Source of the DNA: Bacteroidota bacterium
Lineage (GTDB): Bacteria > Bacteroidota > Ignavibacteria > UBA10030 > JAHEZR01
DNA: 64,000 nt
NCBI GenBank assembly: GCA_049589195.1
Contig: JBAWAH010000021.1
Span: 30,649 to 94,648 of the forward strand
Reading direction: 5' to 3'
Shown one piece after another: positions 30,197-38,606 of this stretch. The notes beneath the pieces were generated by a model. It did no database searches, was not told where the DNA came from, and saw only the letters and a program-made list of their open reading frames with translations. The stretch's first letter is position 1, and every line of letters begins with the position of its first letter. The position numbers were made by a program, and so were the translations under genes.

Positions 30197-31348
30197 TCAA
30201 GCCAACTTTTGCAGAGTTTTTACAAGATCGAGTTTCTCCCAGGTGAATTCTTTTTCACTTCTTCCGAAATGTCCGTAGTTGGCAGTCTTCCGGTAGATTG
30301 GTCTGAGGAGGTTCAGTCTGTGGATAATCCCGCGAGGGGACAGGTCAATTTCCTTTTTTATTATTTGTTCCAGTTTTCTGTCGGGGAGTTTGCCCGTCCC
30401 GTGGGTGTTGACATGGATCGAGACCGGCTCGGCTACACCGATCGCATACGCGATCTGGATCATGCATTCATCGGCAAGTCCGCCGGCGACGATGTTTTTC
30501 GCGATGTGTCGCGCAGCGTACGCTGCACTGCGATCCACCTTTGACGGATCCTTCCCGGAGAACGAGCCACCGCCGTGCGCCACCCACCCTCCATACGTGT
30601 CAACGATGATTTTTCTGCCGGTGAGGCCGCTGTCTCCGTGTGGTCCACCGATCTCGAATCTCCCCGTCGGGTTTACGTGGTAAATTGTTTCCTTATCAAG
30701 AAGCTCATGAGGGATGACTTCCTTCACAACGTATTCGATGACATCGGCCTTGATTTTTCTCTGTGGAACGGCGGGATCATGTTGAGTCGACACCACAATG
30801 GTGTGGACTCGTTTGGGCTGCCGCCCCTCGTACTCGATGGTCACTTGTGATTTTCCATCCGGACGGAGGTATGGCATACTGCTGTGGCTCTTCCTTCGGA
30901 TCGTTGCGAGGTGTTTGACGAGCTTATGGGCAAACATGATTGGCATCGGCATAAGCTCCGGTGTCTCTTTCGACGCGTAACCGAACATCATTCCCTGGTC
31001 ACCAGCCCCTCCCTTATCGACGCCGAGTGCAATGTCAGGTGATTGTTGATGAATCGCCGATATCACGGAGCAGGAGTCTGCGTCAAACTTATACTCTGCT
31101 TTTGTGTACCCTATGTCGCGTATGACCTCACGTACGAGCCCTTGAAGGTCAACGTACGCAGTGGTAGTGATTTCACCCCCGATGAGGACAAGTCCGGTCG
31201 TGGCGAAGGCTTCGCATGCGACACGAGATTTCGGATCCTGCTCGAGCATCGCATCGAGGATTGCATCGGAGATTTGGTCACACACTTTGTCCGGATGACC
31301 TTCGGACACGGATTCGGATGTAAACAACCAGGACATTTGCGTTCTCAC
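30197..31348 (-). CDS. metK: S-adenosylmethionine synthetase
   Basis: [32 protein letters not shown] and other MetK signatures; 383 aa. Confidence 0.9.
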   Translation of the reverse strand: MRTQMSWLFTSESVSEGHPDKVCDQISDAILDAMLEQDPKSRVACEAFATTGLVLIGGEITTTAYVDLQGLVREVIRDIGYTKAEYKFDADSCSVISAIHQQSPDIALGVDKGGAGDQGMMFGYASKETPELMPMPIMFAHKLVKHLATIRRKSHSSMPYLRPDGKSQVTIEYEGRQPKRVHTIVVSTQHDPAVPQRKIKADVIEYVVKEVIPHELLDKETIYHVNPTGRFEIGGPHGDSGLTGRKIIVDTYGGWVAHGGGSFSGKDPSKVDRSAAYAARHIAKNIVAGGLADECMIQIAYAIGVAEPVSIHVNTHGTGKLPDRKLEQIIKKEIDLSPRGIIHRLNLLRPIYRKTANYGHFGRSEKEFTWEKLDLVKTLQKLA

Positions 31349-31488
31349 TCCTTCAGAAAGTTAGAGTAGTATAGATCTGCATCTTCAACATTATATACTT
31401 CATTACGTCCGAGAGGAAAGCATGAAAGAAGAATTGCTTGCGTGGGACGAATTAAGCCGAAAAGCTCCTGTGGCATGCTGGGTCCGAA

Positions 31489-32463
31489 TTAATTGAAATC
31501 GATCTCGGATGAGTCGCCGATATTGATCCTCTTGTAGTTTCCTCTAACCGCTGCATTGTTCCCAACGATGGAACCCTCCAGCAATGCCTTCTGAACTCTC
31601 GCTTCTTCGCCGACGATGGAATTGCGCACGATGGATTCCTCAACGATGACGCGGTCGGCAATTGTCGCATACGGTCCAATGACAGAATTGGTGATCTGGC
31701 AACTTGGTGAGAGATAGACAGGCGGGAGAACGACAACTCCTTCCATCGTCCTTTCAGTGGATTTCTCTTCGAGCAGATGCCTGTTCGTCGCGAGAAGTGT
31801 TTCTTGATTCCCACAATCATACCAACCATCGACAGTAAATGGCCTTATCTTCTCTCCTCCCTCGATCATCAACTGGAGTGCGTCCGTCAATTGGAACTCT
31901 CCCTTTGTCCGTATGCCGCGCGTGATAATCTGTCCCAACGAATCAATCAGGAGACGTGGATTCTTGATATAATAGAGGCCTACGACAGCAAGGTTTGTAG
32001 GCGGGTTCTCGGGCTTCTCGAGGAGTTTCTCAACATATCCGTCTTGAAGGGCCGCCACTCCGAATCGCCGTGGGTCCTTGACTTCCTTTAAGCCGATGGC
32101 CGAGTGCTCGCTCTTCAATAGACCTGAAAGATCGAACTCAAAAATGGTGTCGCCGAGAATGATGAGAATTGGGTCTGAGCCAAATGTCTCGCGAGCGGAG
32201 TAGATGGCTTGCCCTAGGCCTTGTCGTTCTTCCTGCTCAATGAAGTTGAGACGCATGCGGTAGTTCGACTCGACATACTCTTTGATCTTGTCGCCGAGGT
32301 AACCGATGATGATCGATGCTTCGTCGATGCCGTTCTCCACGAGCCGATCGAGGATGTGGCCGATAATCGGTTTTCCAGCCACATTCAGCAAAACCTTCGG
32401 GATCGAGTATGTGTGGGGGCGAAGCCTACTCCCAACACCAGCAACAGGAATAACCGCGCGCAT
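31489..32463 (-). CDS. Sugar-phosphate nucleotidyltransferase with C-terminal left-handed beta-helix (hexapeptide) domain
   Basis: N-terminal MRAVIPVAGVGSRLRP...PK nucleotidyltransferase motif; C-terminal hexapeptide repeats; 324 aa. Confidence 0.7.
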   Translation of the reverse strand: MRAVIPVAGVGSRLRPHTYSIPKVLLNVAGKPIIGHILDRLVENGIDEASIIIGYLGDKIKEYVESNYRMRLNFIEQEERQGLGQAIYSARETFGSDPILIILGDTIFEFDLSGLLKSEHSAIGLKEVKDPRRFGVAALQDGYVEKLLEKPENPPTNLAVVGLYYIKNPRLLIDSLGQIITRGIRTKGEFQLTDALQLMIEGGEKIRPFTVDGWYDCGNQETLLATNRHLLEEKSTERTMEGVVVLPPVYLSPSCQITNSVIGPYATIADRVIVEESIVRNSIVGEEARVQKALLEGSIVGNNAAVRGNYKRINIGDSSEIDFN

Positions 32464-32631
32464 TGACTCCTTCGGAGAAACTGATCGAGCGTTTCACATG
32501 GCCAAAATTCGCCCGATGAATCTATCAAAAAAAAGTCTCGAAAGCAAGGTGGAAGTTTGCTTCAAGCACACGGTACGCACCTTGCTTCTTTCTCCTCCAT
32601 TTGTTACTTTCATCAGTGGGTGAGAGACTTC

Positions 32632-33633
32632 ATGCGCGACTTCCAATCGCGGTATCTCCAATACAAACGACTCATCGATCGACGGTTTCAGTCGCTTGCC
32701 GACGAAGACGATCGGAGGCCGCGCTCGCTCGTGGTTCCCCTCAAGTATGTCCTCTCCAGTGGAGGAAAGAGGCTCCGACCCGTTCTTCTTCTCTTGGCTC
32801 ATGAGGCTGTGTCAGGCAGGCGTGCACGTATCGGGAGGTTCGATGGGGTGCTTAATGCCGCGCTTGCAGTCGAAGCGTTGCACAACTTCACCCTCGTCCA
32901 CGATGACATCATGGATGACGCCCCATCACGTCGAGGACGCGCGACGGTGCACTCAAAGTGGGATGAGAATACGGCGATTCTTGTCGGTGATGAGTTGGTG
33001 GCGTTGGCCTATCGCAGTCTGCTCAAAACAAAAAGTCCACGAATCGGGCAAGTCCTCGAGATCTTCACTGATGGACTTCTGGAAGTCTGCGAGGGCCAAG
33101 GGTTAGACAAGGAGTTTGAGCAACGACGAGATGTGACTCTTGCTGAATACTTAAAGATGATTGAAATGAAAACCGGTCGTATGGTTTCGGTGACACTCGA
33201 AATCGGTGGCCTCCTTGGTGGTGGAGACAGGATTGAGCTCACCGCGCTCCGAAAATTCGGTCACCACGTTGGTCGAGCATTCCAAATCCAGGACGATCTT
33301 CTCGATGTAATTGGCGACCAGCGCTTTGGCAAGAAGATCGGAGGTGACATCGTCGAGGGGAAAAAGACTTTTCTTCTCCTTCAGGCTCTCAAAAAGGCGA
33401 AGCAGAAGGACCGCAGCATCCTGGAACGAGTCATGTCGGGGCGAGGGGTAGCAAGCAAGGAAGTCGGAACTGTGAAAAGAATCTATGAGAAGTACGGAGC
33501 GGTGGAGTGCGCGAAAAAAAGGGTCCGAAGACATGTCGTTGAAGCTCAGCACGCGTTGGAGAGCTTGCAGCCAAGCAGGGCAAAAGACATGCTGCACTGG
33601 TTGGCCGGAATGCTTCAAGATCGGAGCTCGTGA
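32632..33633 (+). CDS. Polyprenyl diphosphate synthase (GGPP / long-chain prenyl synthase family)
   Basis: First and second Asp-rich motifs LVHDDIMDD and FQIQDDLLD; GGKRLRP near the N-terminus; start placed at MRDFQSRYL (the track ORF starts at an upstream TTG). Confidence 0.8.
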   Translation: MRDFQSRYLQYKRLIDRRFQSLADEDDRRPRSLVVPLKYVLSSGGKRLRPVLLLLAHEAVSGRRARIGRFDGVLNAALAVEALHNFTLVHDDIMDDAPSRRGRATVHSKWDENTAILVGDELVALAYRSLLKTKSPRIGQVLEIFTDGLLEVCEGQGLDKEFEQRRDVTLAEYLKMIEMKTGRMVSVTLEIGGLLGGGDRIELTALRKFGHHVGRAFQIQDDLLDVIGDQRFGKKIGGDIVEGKKTFLLLQALKKAKQKDRSILERVMSGRGVASKEVGTVKRIYEKYGAVECAKKRVRRHVVEAQHALESLQPSRAKDMLHWLAGMLQDRSS

Positions 33634-33644
33634 CCATCCCGTCA

Positions 33645-33911
33645 ATGGTTGAACGCGAAGTCACAATCAAGAATCGCACGGGGCTCCACACACGTCCTGC
33701 AGCGACGCTTGTGAAGCTGGCTGCAAAGTTTAAATCGGACTTCTTCATCTACAAAGACGGTCTTCAAATCAACGGAAAAAGCATTATTGGCGTGATGACG
33801 CTCGCCGCCGAGCAGGGCTCAAGACTCATCCTCCGGTTCAACGGGGAAGATGAAGAGCAAGCTGCGGAAGCGATCGTTGAGTTGTTTGAGAAAGGGTTCG
33901 AGGAAATCTAG
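33645..33911 (+). CDS. ptsH: Phosphocarrier protein HPr
   Basis: MVEREVTIKNRTGLHTRPAA... canonical HPr N-terminus with active-site His; about 88 aa. Confidence 0.85.
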   Translation: MVEREVTIKNRTGLHTRPAATLVKLAAKFKSDFFIYKDGLQINGKSIIGVMTLAAEQGSRLILRFNGEDEEQAAEAIVELFEKGFEEI

Positions 33912-33921
33912 ATTGCAGGAG

Positions 33922-35691
33922 ATGATGGAACCTCTCGTCGAGGAAAAGCTGAAACAGGAAGTCGTCCTTCAAGGAATCGCTGCTGCTCCTGGAATCGCAA
34001 GGGGGCGCGTCTATCTTTATAGCAAGCACGTTCCGAAAGTTCCTGATCGGACGATTTCGACCGATGACGTGCAAGGAGAAATCGAACGCTTGCATCATGC
34101 GGTGGCGAGGTCTCAGAAAGAGCTGAATAAAATCCTCAGCTACGCGGAACAAAAACTCGGCCTCGGGAAGTCGAAAATCTTTGAGGCACAGATAATGATC
34201 TTGAATGACCCTCTTCTCTTCAACGCAATTGAGACGAGAATCCGGGACGAATGCAAAAACGCAGAGTTCATCATCAACGATGAAATCAACAAGTATCAGC
34301 GCCTCATGCTGCAGGCAAACGATGAGTACATGCGGGAGCGCGCGTATGATGTCGAGGAGTTGAAAAACCGTATTCTCCGGAACATGCAGCAAGAGCGCCT
34401 GCATTCAAGGCTTGAGGCTTCAGCAGTGATCGTTGCAGAGAGCCTCACCTCAGCCGACACAATTCTCTTCAGCCGAAATGATGTGTTGGGGTATGCGACC
34501 GATCTCGGCGGGGTCACGTCTCATGCGGCACTCCTCTCGCGTTCCCTGAAAATTCCCGCAGTGATGGGCTTGCGTGATGTGACGAACAAAGTCTCGACGG
34601 GTGATGAAATTGTGGTGGACGGCTACAGCGGGCGGTTGATCATCCACCCATCAAAAGAGAGCGTCGCCGATTTCGAAGCAAAGCGTGCAAAGTTCCTTGC
34701 ATTCGAGGAGAAGCTTGCCGACTTGCGTGACCTGCCCTCCGAGACGCTCGACCGGAAACGGATTGATCTTTCAGTGAATATTGAATTTGAGGACGAGCTT
34801 GAATTCGCCCGCCTTCAAGGTGCAGAAGGAATCGGCCTTTACCGGACTGAGCGCCTGATCCTTGAGCGTGATGCTATTCCCACCGAGGAAGAACAGTACG
34901 AGGAATACAAGCGAATCGCGGATAAGATGTATCCATATCGAGTCATACTTCGGACGTTCGACATTGGCGGTGACAAAGTCCTGCCCCAGAGTCTGCCTGA
35001 GGCAAACCCATATCTCGGGTGGAGAGGGATTCGCATCAGCCTTGATGAGCCTCAGTTGTTCCTTGATCAACTTCGTGCTATTCTCCGGGCAAGCGCGCGC
35101 AAGAACGTCGCCGCGATGTTCCCGATGGTGGCAACAGTCAGCGAAGTGCGTGAAGCCAAGAAGATGGTCGAGCAGGCGAAGGCAGAATTGCAGGCAAGAG
35201 GTGTCCCGTTCGATGAACGGATGAAACTTGGGGTGATGATCGAAGTCCCGTCTGCTGCAGTGATGGCTGAAGAGATTTCGAGAGAAGTGGATTTTGTGAG
35301 TATCGGGACCAACGACCTCATTCAGTATTTGCTGGCAGTGGATCGGACGAACAGTGTTGTCGCCGGTCTGTACCAGGAATTTCATCCGGCAGTCCTGCGT
35401 TCGATCAAGCAGATCATCGACGCAAGCCACAGGAGCAAAGTCTGGGTTGGAATGTGTGGTGAGATGGCTGGTGACCCTCTCGCTGTGATTCTCCTCGTCG
35501 GTCTTGGTTTGGATGAATTCAGCGTGGTCCCTGCTGTTCTACCAGAAATCAAGAAGATTATCCGCTCGATCAAGTATAAGGAAGCGCGACGAATAGCGGA
35601 GAAAGCCCTGAAGTTCAGCACAGAAGAAGAAGTCGAGCAGTATATCCGAGAGGTGATCAAGGAGAAGTTCCCCGAGATCCCGTTGGGCTAA
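33922..35691 (+). CDS. ptsI: Phosphoenolpyruvate-protein phosphotransferase (PTS Enzyme I)
   Basis: Full-length EI architecture (phosphohistidine domain GGVTSHAAL; PEP-utilising C-terminal TIM barrel). Confidence 0.85.
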   Translation: MMEPLVEEKLKQEVVLQGIAAAPGIARGRVYLYSKHVPKVPDRTISTDDVQGEIERLHHAVARSQKELNKILSYAEQKLGLGKSKIFEAQIMILNDPLLFNAIETRIRDECKNAEFIINDEINKYQRLMLQANDEYMRERAYDVEELKNRILRNMQQERLHSRLEASAVIVAESLTSADTILFSRNDVLGYATDLGGVTSHAALLSRSLKIPAVMGLRDVTNKVSTGDEIVVDGYSGRLIIHPSKESVADFEAKRAKFLAFEEKLADLRDLPSETLDRKRIDLSVNIEFEDELEFARLQGAEGIGLYRTERLILERDAIPTEEEQYEEYKRIADKMYPYRVILRTFDIGGDKVLPQSLPEANPYLGWRGIRISLDEPQLFLDQLRAILRASARKNVAAMFPMVATVSEVREAKKMVEQAKAELQARGVPFDERMKLGVMIEVPSAAVMAEEISREVDFVSIGTNDLIQYLLAVDRTNSVVAGLYQEFHPAVLRSIKQIIDASHRSKVWVGMCGEMAGDPLAVILLVGLGLDEFSVVPAVLPEIKKIIRSIKYKEARRIAEKALKFSTEEEVEQYIREVIKEKFPEIPLG

Positions 35692-35735
35692 GTGAGAATC
35701 GATCTGATATTCGCGGAACACTAAAGGATGGGCTC

Positions 35736-36812
35736 ATGCACACCCGAAACCGTAGCACTGAACTGAACGAAGCAACGATTCGCCGCATCGATGCGTCCGA
35801 CATGCGAGAGCTTCTCCTCCGATTCCCGGAGCAGATCGAGGAGGCGATAGCAATTGGCGAGAGGTCCAGTGTCTCATTGGACCTCTCAAAGGTGTCCTCA
35901 ATAGTCATCACTGGTTTGGGGGGCTCGGCCATCGGCGGAGATCTTCTGCGCTCGTACTTGGCGGATGAGGTCAGAATCCCAATTGTGGTCAATCGACACT
36001 ATTCTCTGCCGGAGTTTGTTACAAGAAGAAGCTTGGTCATCGTCTCAAGCTATTCGGGGAACACCGAGGAGACCATTGCTGCGCACCGCGATGCGCTCAA
36101 GCGAGGCGCTCGTGTGCTTTGCATCTCTTCTAACGGGGCCACTGAGGGGATTGCCAAGCAGCACAAGAATGCACTGATTAAAATTCCAGGAGGCTTTCCA
36201 CCACGCGCTGCGCTTGGATACTCTTTCTTCCCGATCCTTGTTACTCTGCTCCGGAATGGTCTCGTCCGACGCAGGCGTCGTGATTTGCAGGAGACGGTAG
36301 GACTCTTGAAGAAAAGGGCCCGGCTCTACGGCGAACTCGCATCCTCCTCGAACGATGCGCTGAGCATCGCCCGGGAATTGAGGGGGAGATTGCCTGTCAT
36401 CTATTCAACGACCGAACACCTTGACTCCGTGAATCTCCGCTGGCGGACACAGCTTGCCGAGAATGCAAAGGTGCTTGCGTATGGAAATGTGCTTCCAGAA
36501 ATGAATCACAATGAGTTGGTCGGCTGGAAAGTCTTGAAGAAGCTCATGAAGGAAATTGCTGTCGTGATTCTACGTGACGCTGATGAACATCCCCGGGTCC
36601 GGGTGCGACTCGATCTGACAAAGAAGATCGTTAGCAAGTATTCCTCGCACATCATTGAGGTCAAGAGCGAAGGAGAAACTCTCCTTGCGCGAATGTTCTC
36701 TCTGATCTACCTTGGAGACTGGGTGAGTTACTATCTAGCTATCCTTAACGGAGTTGATCCCACGCCAGTGAAGGTCATCGATTATTTGAAATCGGAGCTG
36801 GCCAAGGTGTAA
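35736..36812 (+). CDS. Bifunctional phosphoglucose/phosphomannose isomerase (SIS domain)
   Basis: SIS motifs (ITGLGGSAIGGDLL; SSYSGNTEET) and a length typical of archaeal/bacterial PGI/PMI. Confidence 0.75.
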   Translation: MHTRNRSTELNEATIRRIDASDMRELLLRFPEQIEEAIAIGERSSVSLDLSKVSSIVITGLGGSAIGGDLLRSYLADEVRIPIVVNRHYSLPEFVTRRSLVIVSSYSGNTEETIAAHRDALKRGARVLCISSNGATEGIAKQHKNALIKIPGGFPPRAALGYSFFPILVTLLRNGLVRRRRRDLQETVGLLKKRARLYGELASSSNDALSIARELRGRLPVIYSTTEHLDSVNLRWRTQLAENAKVLAYGNVLPEMNHNELVGWKVLKKLMKEIAVVILRDADEHPRVRVRLDLTKKIVSKYSSHIIEVKSEGETLLARMFSLIYLGDWVSYYLAILNGVDPTPVKVIDYLKSELAKV

Positions 36813-36889
36813 GGAGAGCTTGTGCTAAAAGGGACAAGATTCAAGTTTCGAGTTCGATCGGCGATAGGACTAATCCCAGAAGAATAAGC

Positions 36890-37876
36890 ATGTCGAATCT
36901 TCGAGACATCAGAGCGTTACGAAAAAGGAATCAAGTGATCTCGAGAAGAAAATATCCCGCGACCAAGCACGGACACACCAGTGTTGCAGAATCAAAGTCC
37001 GTCTATCTAGTCGGAGATGGCCACAGAGTGCCAGTTGACGACGTGATTTGTGGGGATGCGCTAGAAGTGCTGAAGGGTTTCCCGGCGGAAAGCGTTGATC
37101 TGATCGTAACGTCTCCTCCATACGCTGACCGACGCGCCAAAACTTACGGAGGAATTCCTCCAGGCAATTATGTGAGTTGGTTTATGCCGATCGCCGATGA
37201 ACTTCAGCGCGTGTTGAAACATGACGGTTCGTTCATCTTGAACATCAAAGAGAAAGCGGTGAATGGTGAGAGGGGAACATACGTTCTCGACTTGATTCTC
37301 GAGATGAGAAAGCATGGATGGTTGTGGACAGAGGAGTATATCTGGCACAAGAAGAATTGCTACCCGGGGAAGTGGCCTAACAGATTCAGAGATGCATGGG
37401 AACGCTGCTTACACTTCACAAAACAGAAACACTTCCGGATGTATCAAGAAAAAGTAATGGTTCCAGTTGGTGATTGGGCTGAGAAGCGACTAAGCAAACT
37501 CAGTAAGGCCGATTTGACAAGGGATGAGTCTCGCTCGCTTAGTGGATTTGGGAAAAACGTTTCGAACTGGCTGGGTAGAGAGATGGTCTACCCTACAAAC
37601 GTTCTTCACCTTGCCACCGAATGTGGCAACAAGAACCATAGTGCGGCATTTCCTATCGCCTTGCCGATGTGGTTCATAAGGCTCTTCACAAAGGAAGGGG
37701 ATCTCGTTCTCGATCCATTTCTCGGTTCGGGGACGACTGCTCTTGCGTGCCGCGAGTTGAAGAGACATTTTGTGGGGATTGAGATTAGGAAAGAATATTG
37801 TCAGCTTGCCACTTCACTGCTCAAATCCAAGTACCAACCGACTCTCTGGGACTTGGTCAACGAATACCAGGCATGA
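36890..37876 (+). CDS. Type II DNA methyltransferase, beta-class N4-cytosine / N6-adenine (motif IV SPPY before motif I)
   Basis: DLIVTSPPYADRR catalytic motif located N-terminal to the SAM-binding motif LDPFLGSGTTALAC (circular-permuted beta class); 328 aa. Confidence 0.8.
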   Translation: MSNLRDIRALRKRNQVISRRKYPATKHGHTSVAESKSVYLVGDGHRVPVDDVICGDALEVLKGFPAESVDLIVTSPPYADRRAKTYGGIPPGNYVSWFMPIADELQRVLKHDGSFILNIKEKAVNGERGTYVLDLILEMRKHGWLWTEEYIWHKKNCYPGKWPNRFRDAWERCLHFTKQKHFRMYQEKVMVPVGDWAEKRLSKLSKADLTRDESRSLSGFGKNVSNWLGREMVYPTNVLHLATECGNKNHSAAFPIALPMWFIRLFTKEGDLVLDPFLGSGTTALACRELKRHFVGIEIRKEYCQLATSLLKSKYQPTLWDLVNEYQA

Positions 37877-38598
37877 AGAAAATAAACTCTGCTGGACTCG
37901 AAGAGCTGATTGCCAAGTGTCTGAAGGATTTCTACACTAGGCGGCTACAACGGGTCAATACCATAAAGCTTAAGACTTACCTGCTTAGAAAGAACCCGTA
38001 TTTGTATAGAGCGATAGGAACGGAGAAAGCTGGGGAAATCGTCGAAGAGATCTTGAAAGCATACATTTCTTCCTCTGATGAGACTATTTTTGGCGACGCT
38101 TTCTTCGAGCCAATTGCTAAACTGGTTTCAGGTGGAACTGTCTCACCCAGTGAGGGTGTGGATATCGCAATAGAGAGTTCGTCCACTTATAAAGCCATTG
38201 CAGTAAAGTCCGGACCCAATCCGTTCGACTCAAGCGCGAAAAAACGGCAAAGTGATGAGTTCGCCACACTCAGAAAACGGCTCTACAAGATACATAAGCG
38301 CTTCGACCCAGTTGTTGGTCACGCATATGGAAAGCTCGTATCTATTCCATCAAGAACTCAAATTTATCGAGATGTTTCTGGGCAAAAATTTTGGACAGAG
38401 TTGACAGGCGACCCTGAATTCTACCTCAAGCTTGTTAGGTTGATGAAAGATGAGCCATCTGAACACCGGAAAGCATATAGCAAGGCTTGGGGGGCGGCAG
38501 TGACAAGACTGACTGTCGAATTTGCTGAAGAATTCTGCAATCGTGATTACACAATTGATTGGGAAAAGCTAACCAAGTTCAACAGTGGGTCTGAGTAG
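37873..38598 (+). CDS. Putative type II restriction endonuclease partnering the methyltransferase
   Basis: ATG overlaps the MTase TGA (ATGA); 241 aa with no housekeeping similarity; charged and acidic residues compatible with a PD-(D/E)xK-like site, but no family could be assigned by eye. Confidence 0.5.
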   Translation: MKKINSAGLEELIAKCLKDFYTRRLQRVNTIKLKTYLLRKNPYLYRAIGTEKAGEIVEEILKAYISSSDETIFGDAFFEPIAKLVSGGTVSPSEGVDIAIESSSTYKAIAVKSGPNPFDSSAKKRQSDEFATLRKRLYKIHKRFDPVVGHAYGKLVSIPSRTQIYRDVSGQKFWTELTGDPEFYLKLVRLMKDEPSEHRKAYSKAWGAAVTRLTVEFAEEFCNRDYTIDWEKLTKFNSGSE

Positions 38599-38606
38599 CT
38601 TGCGAG

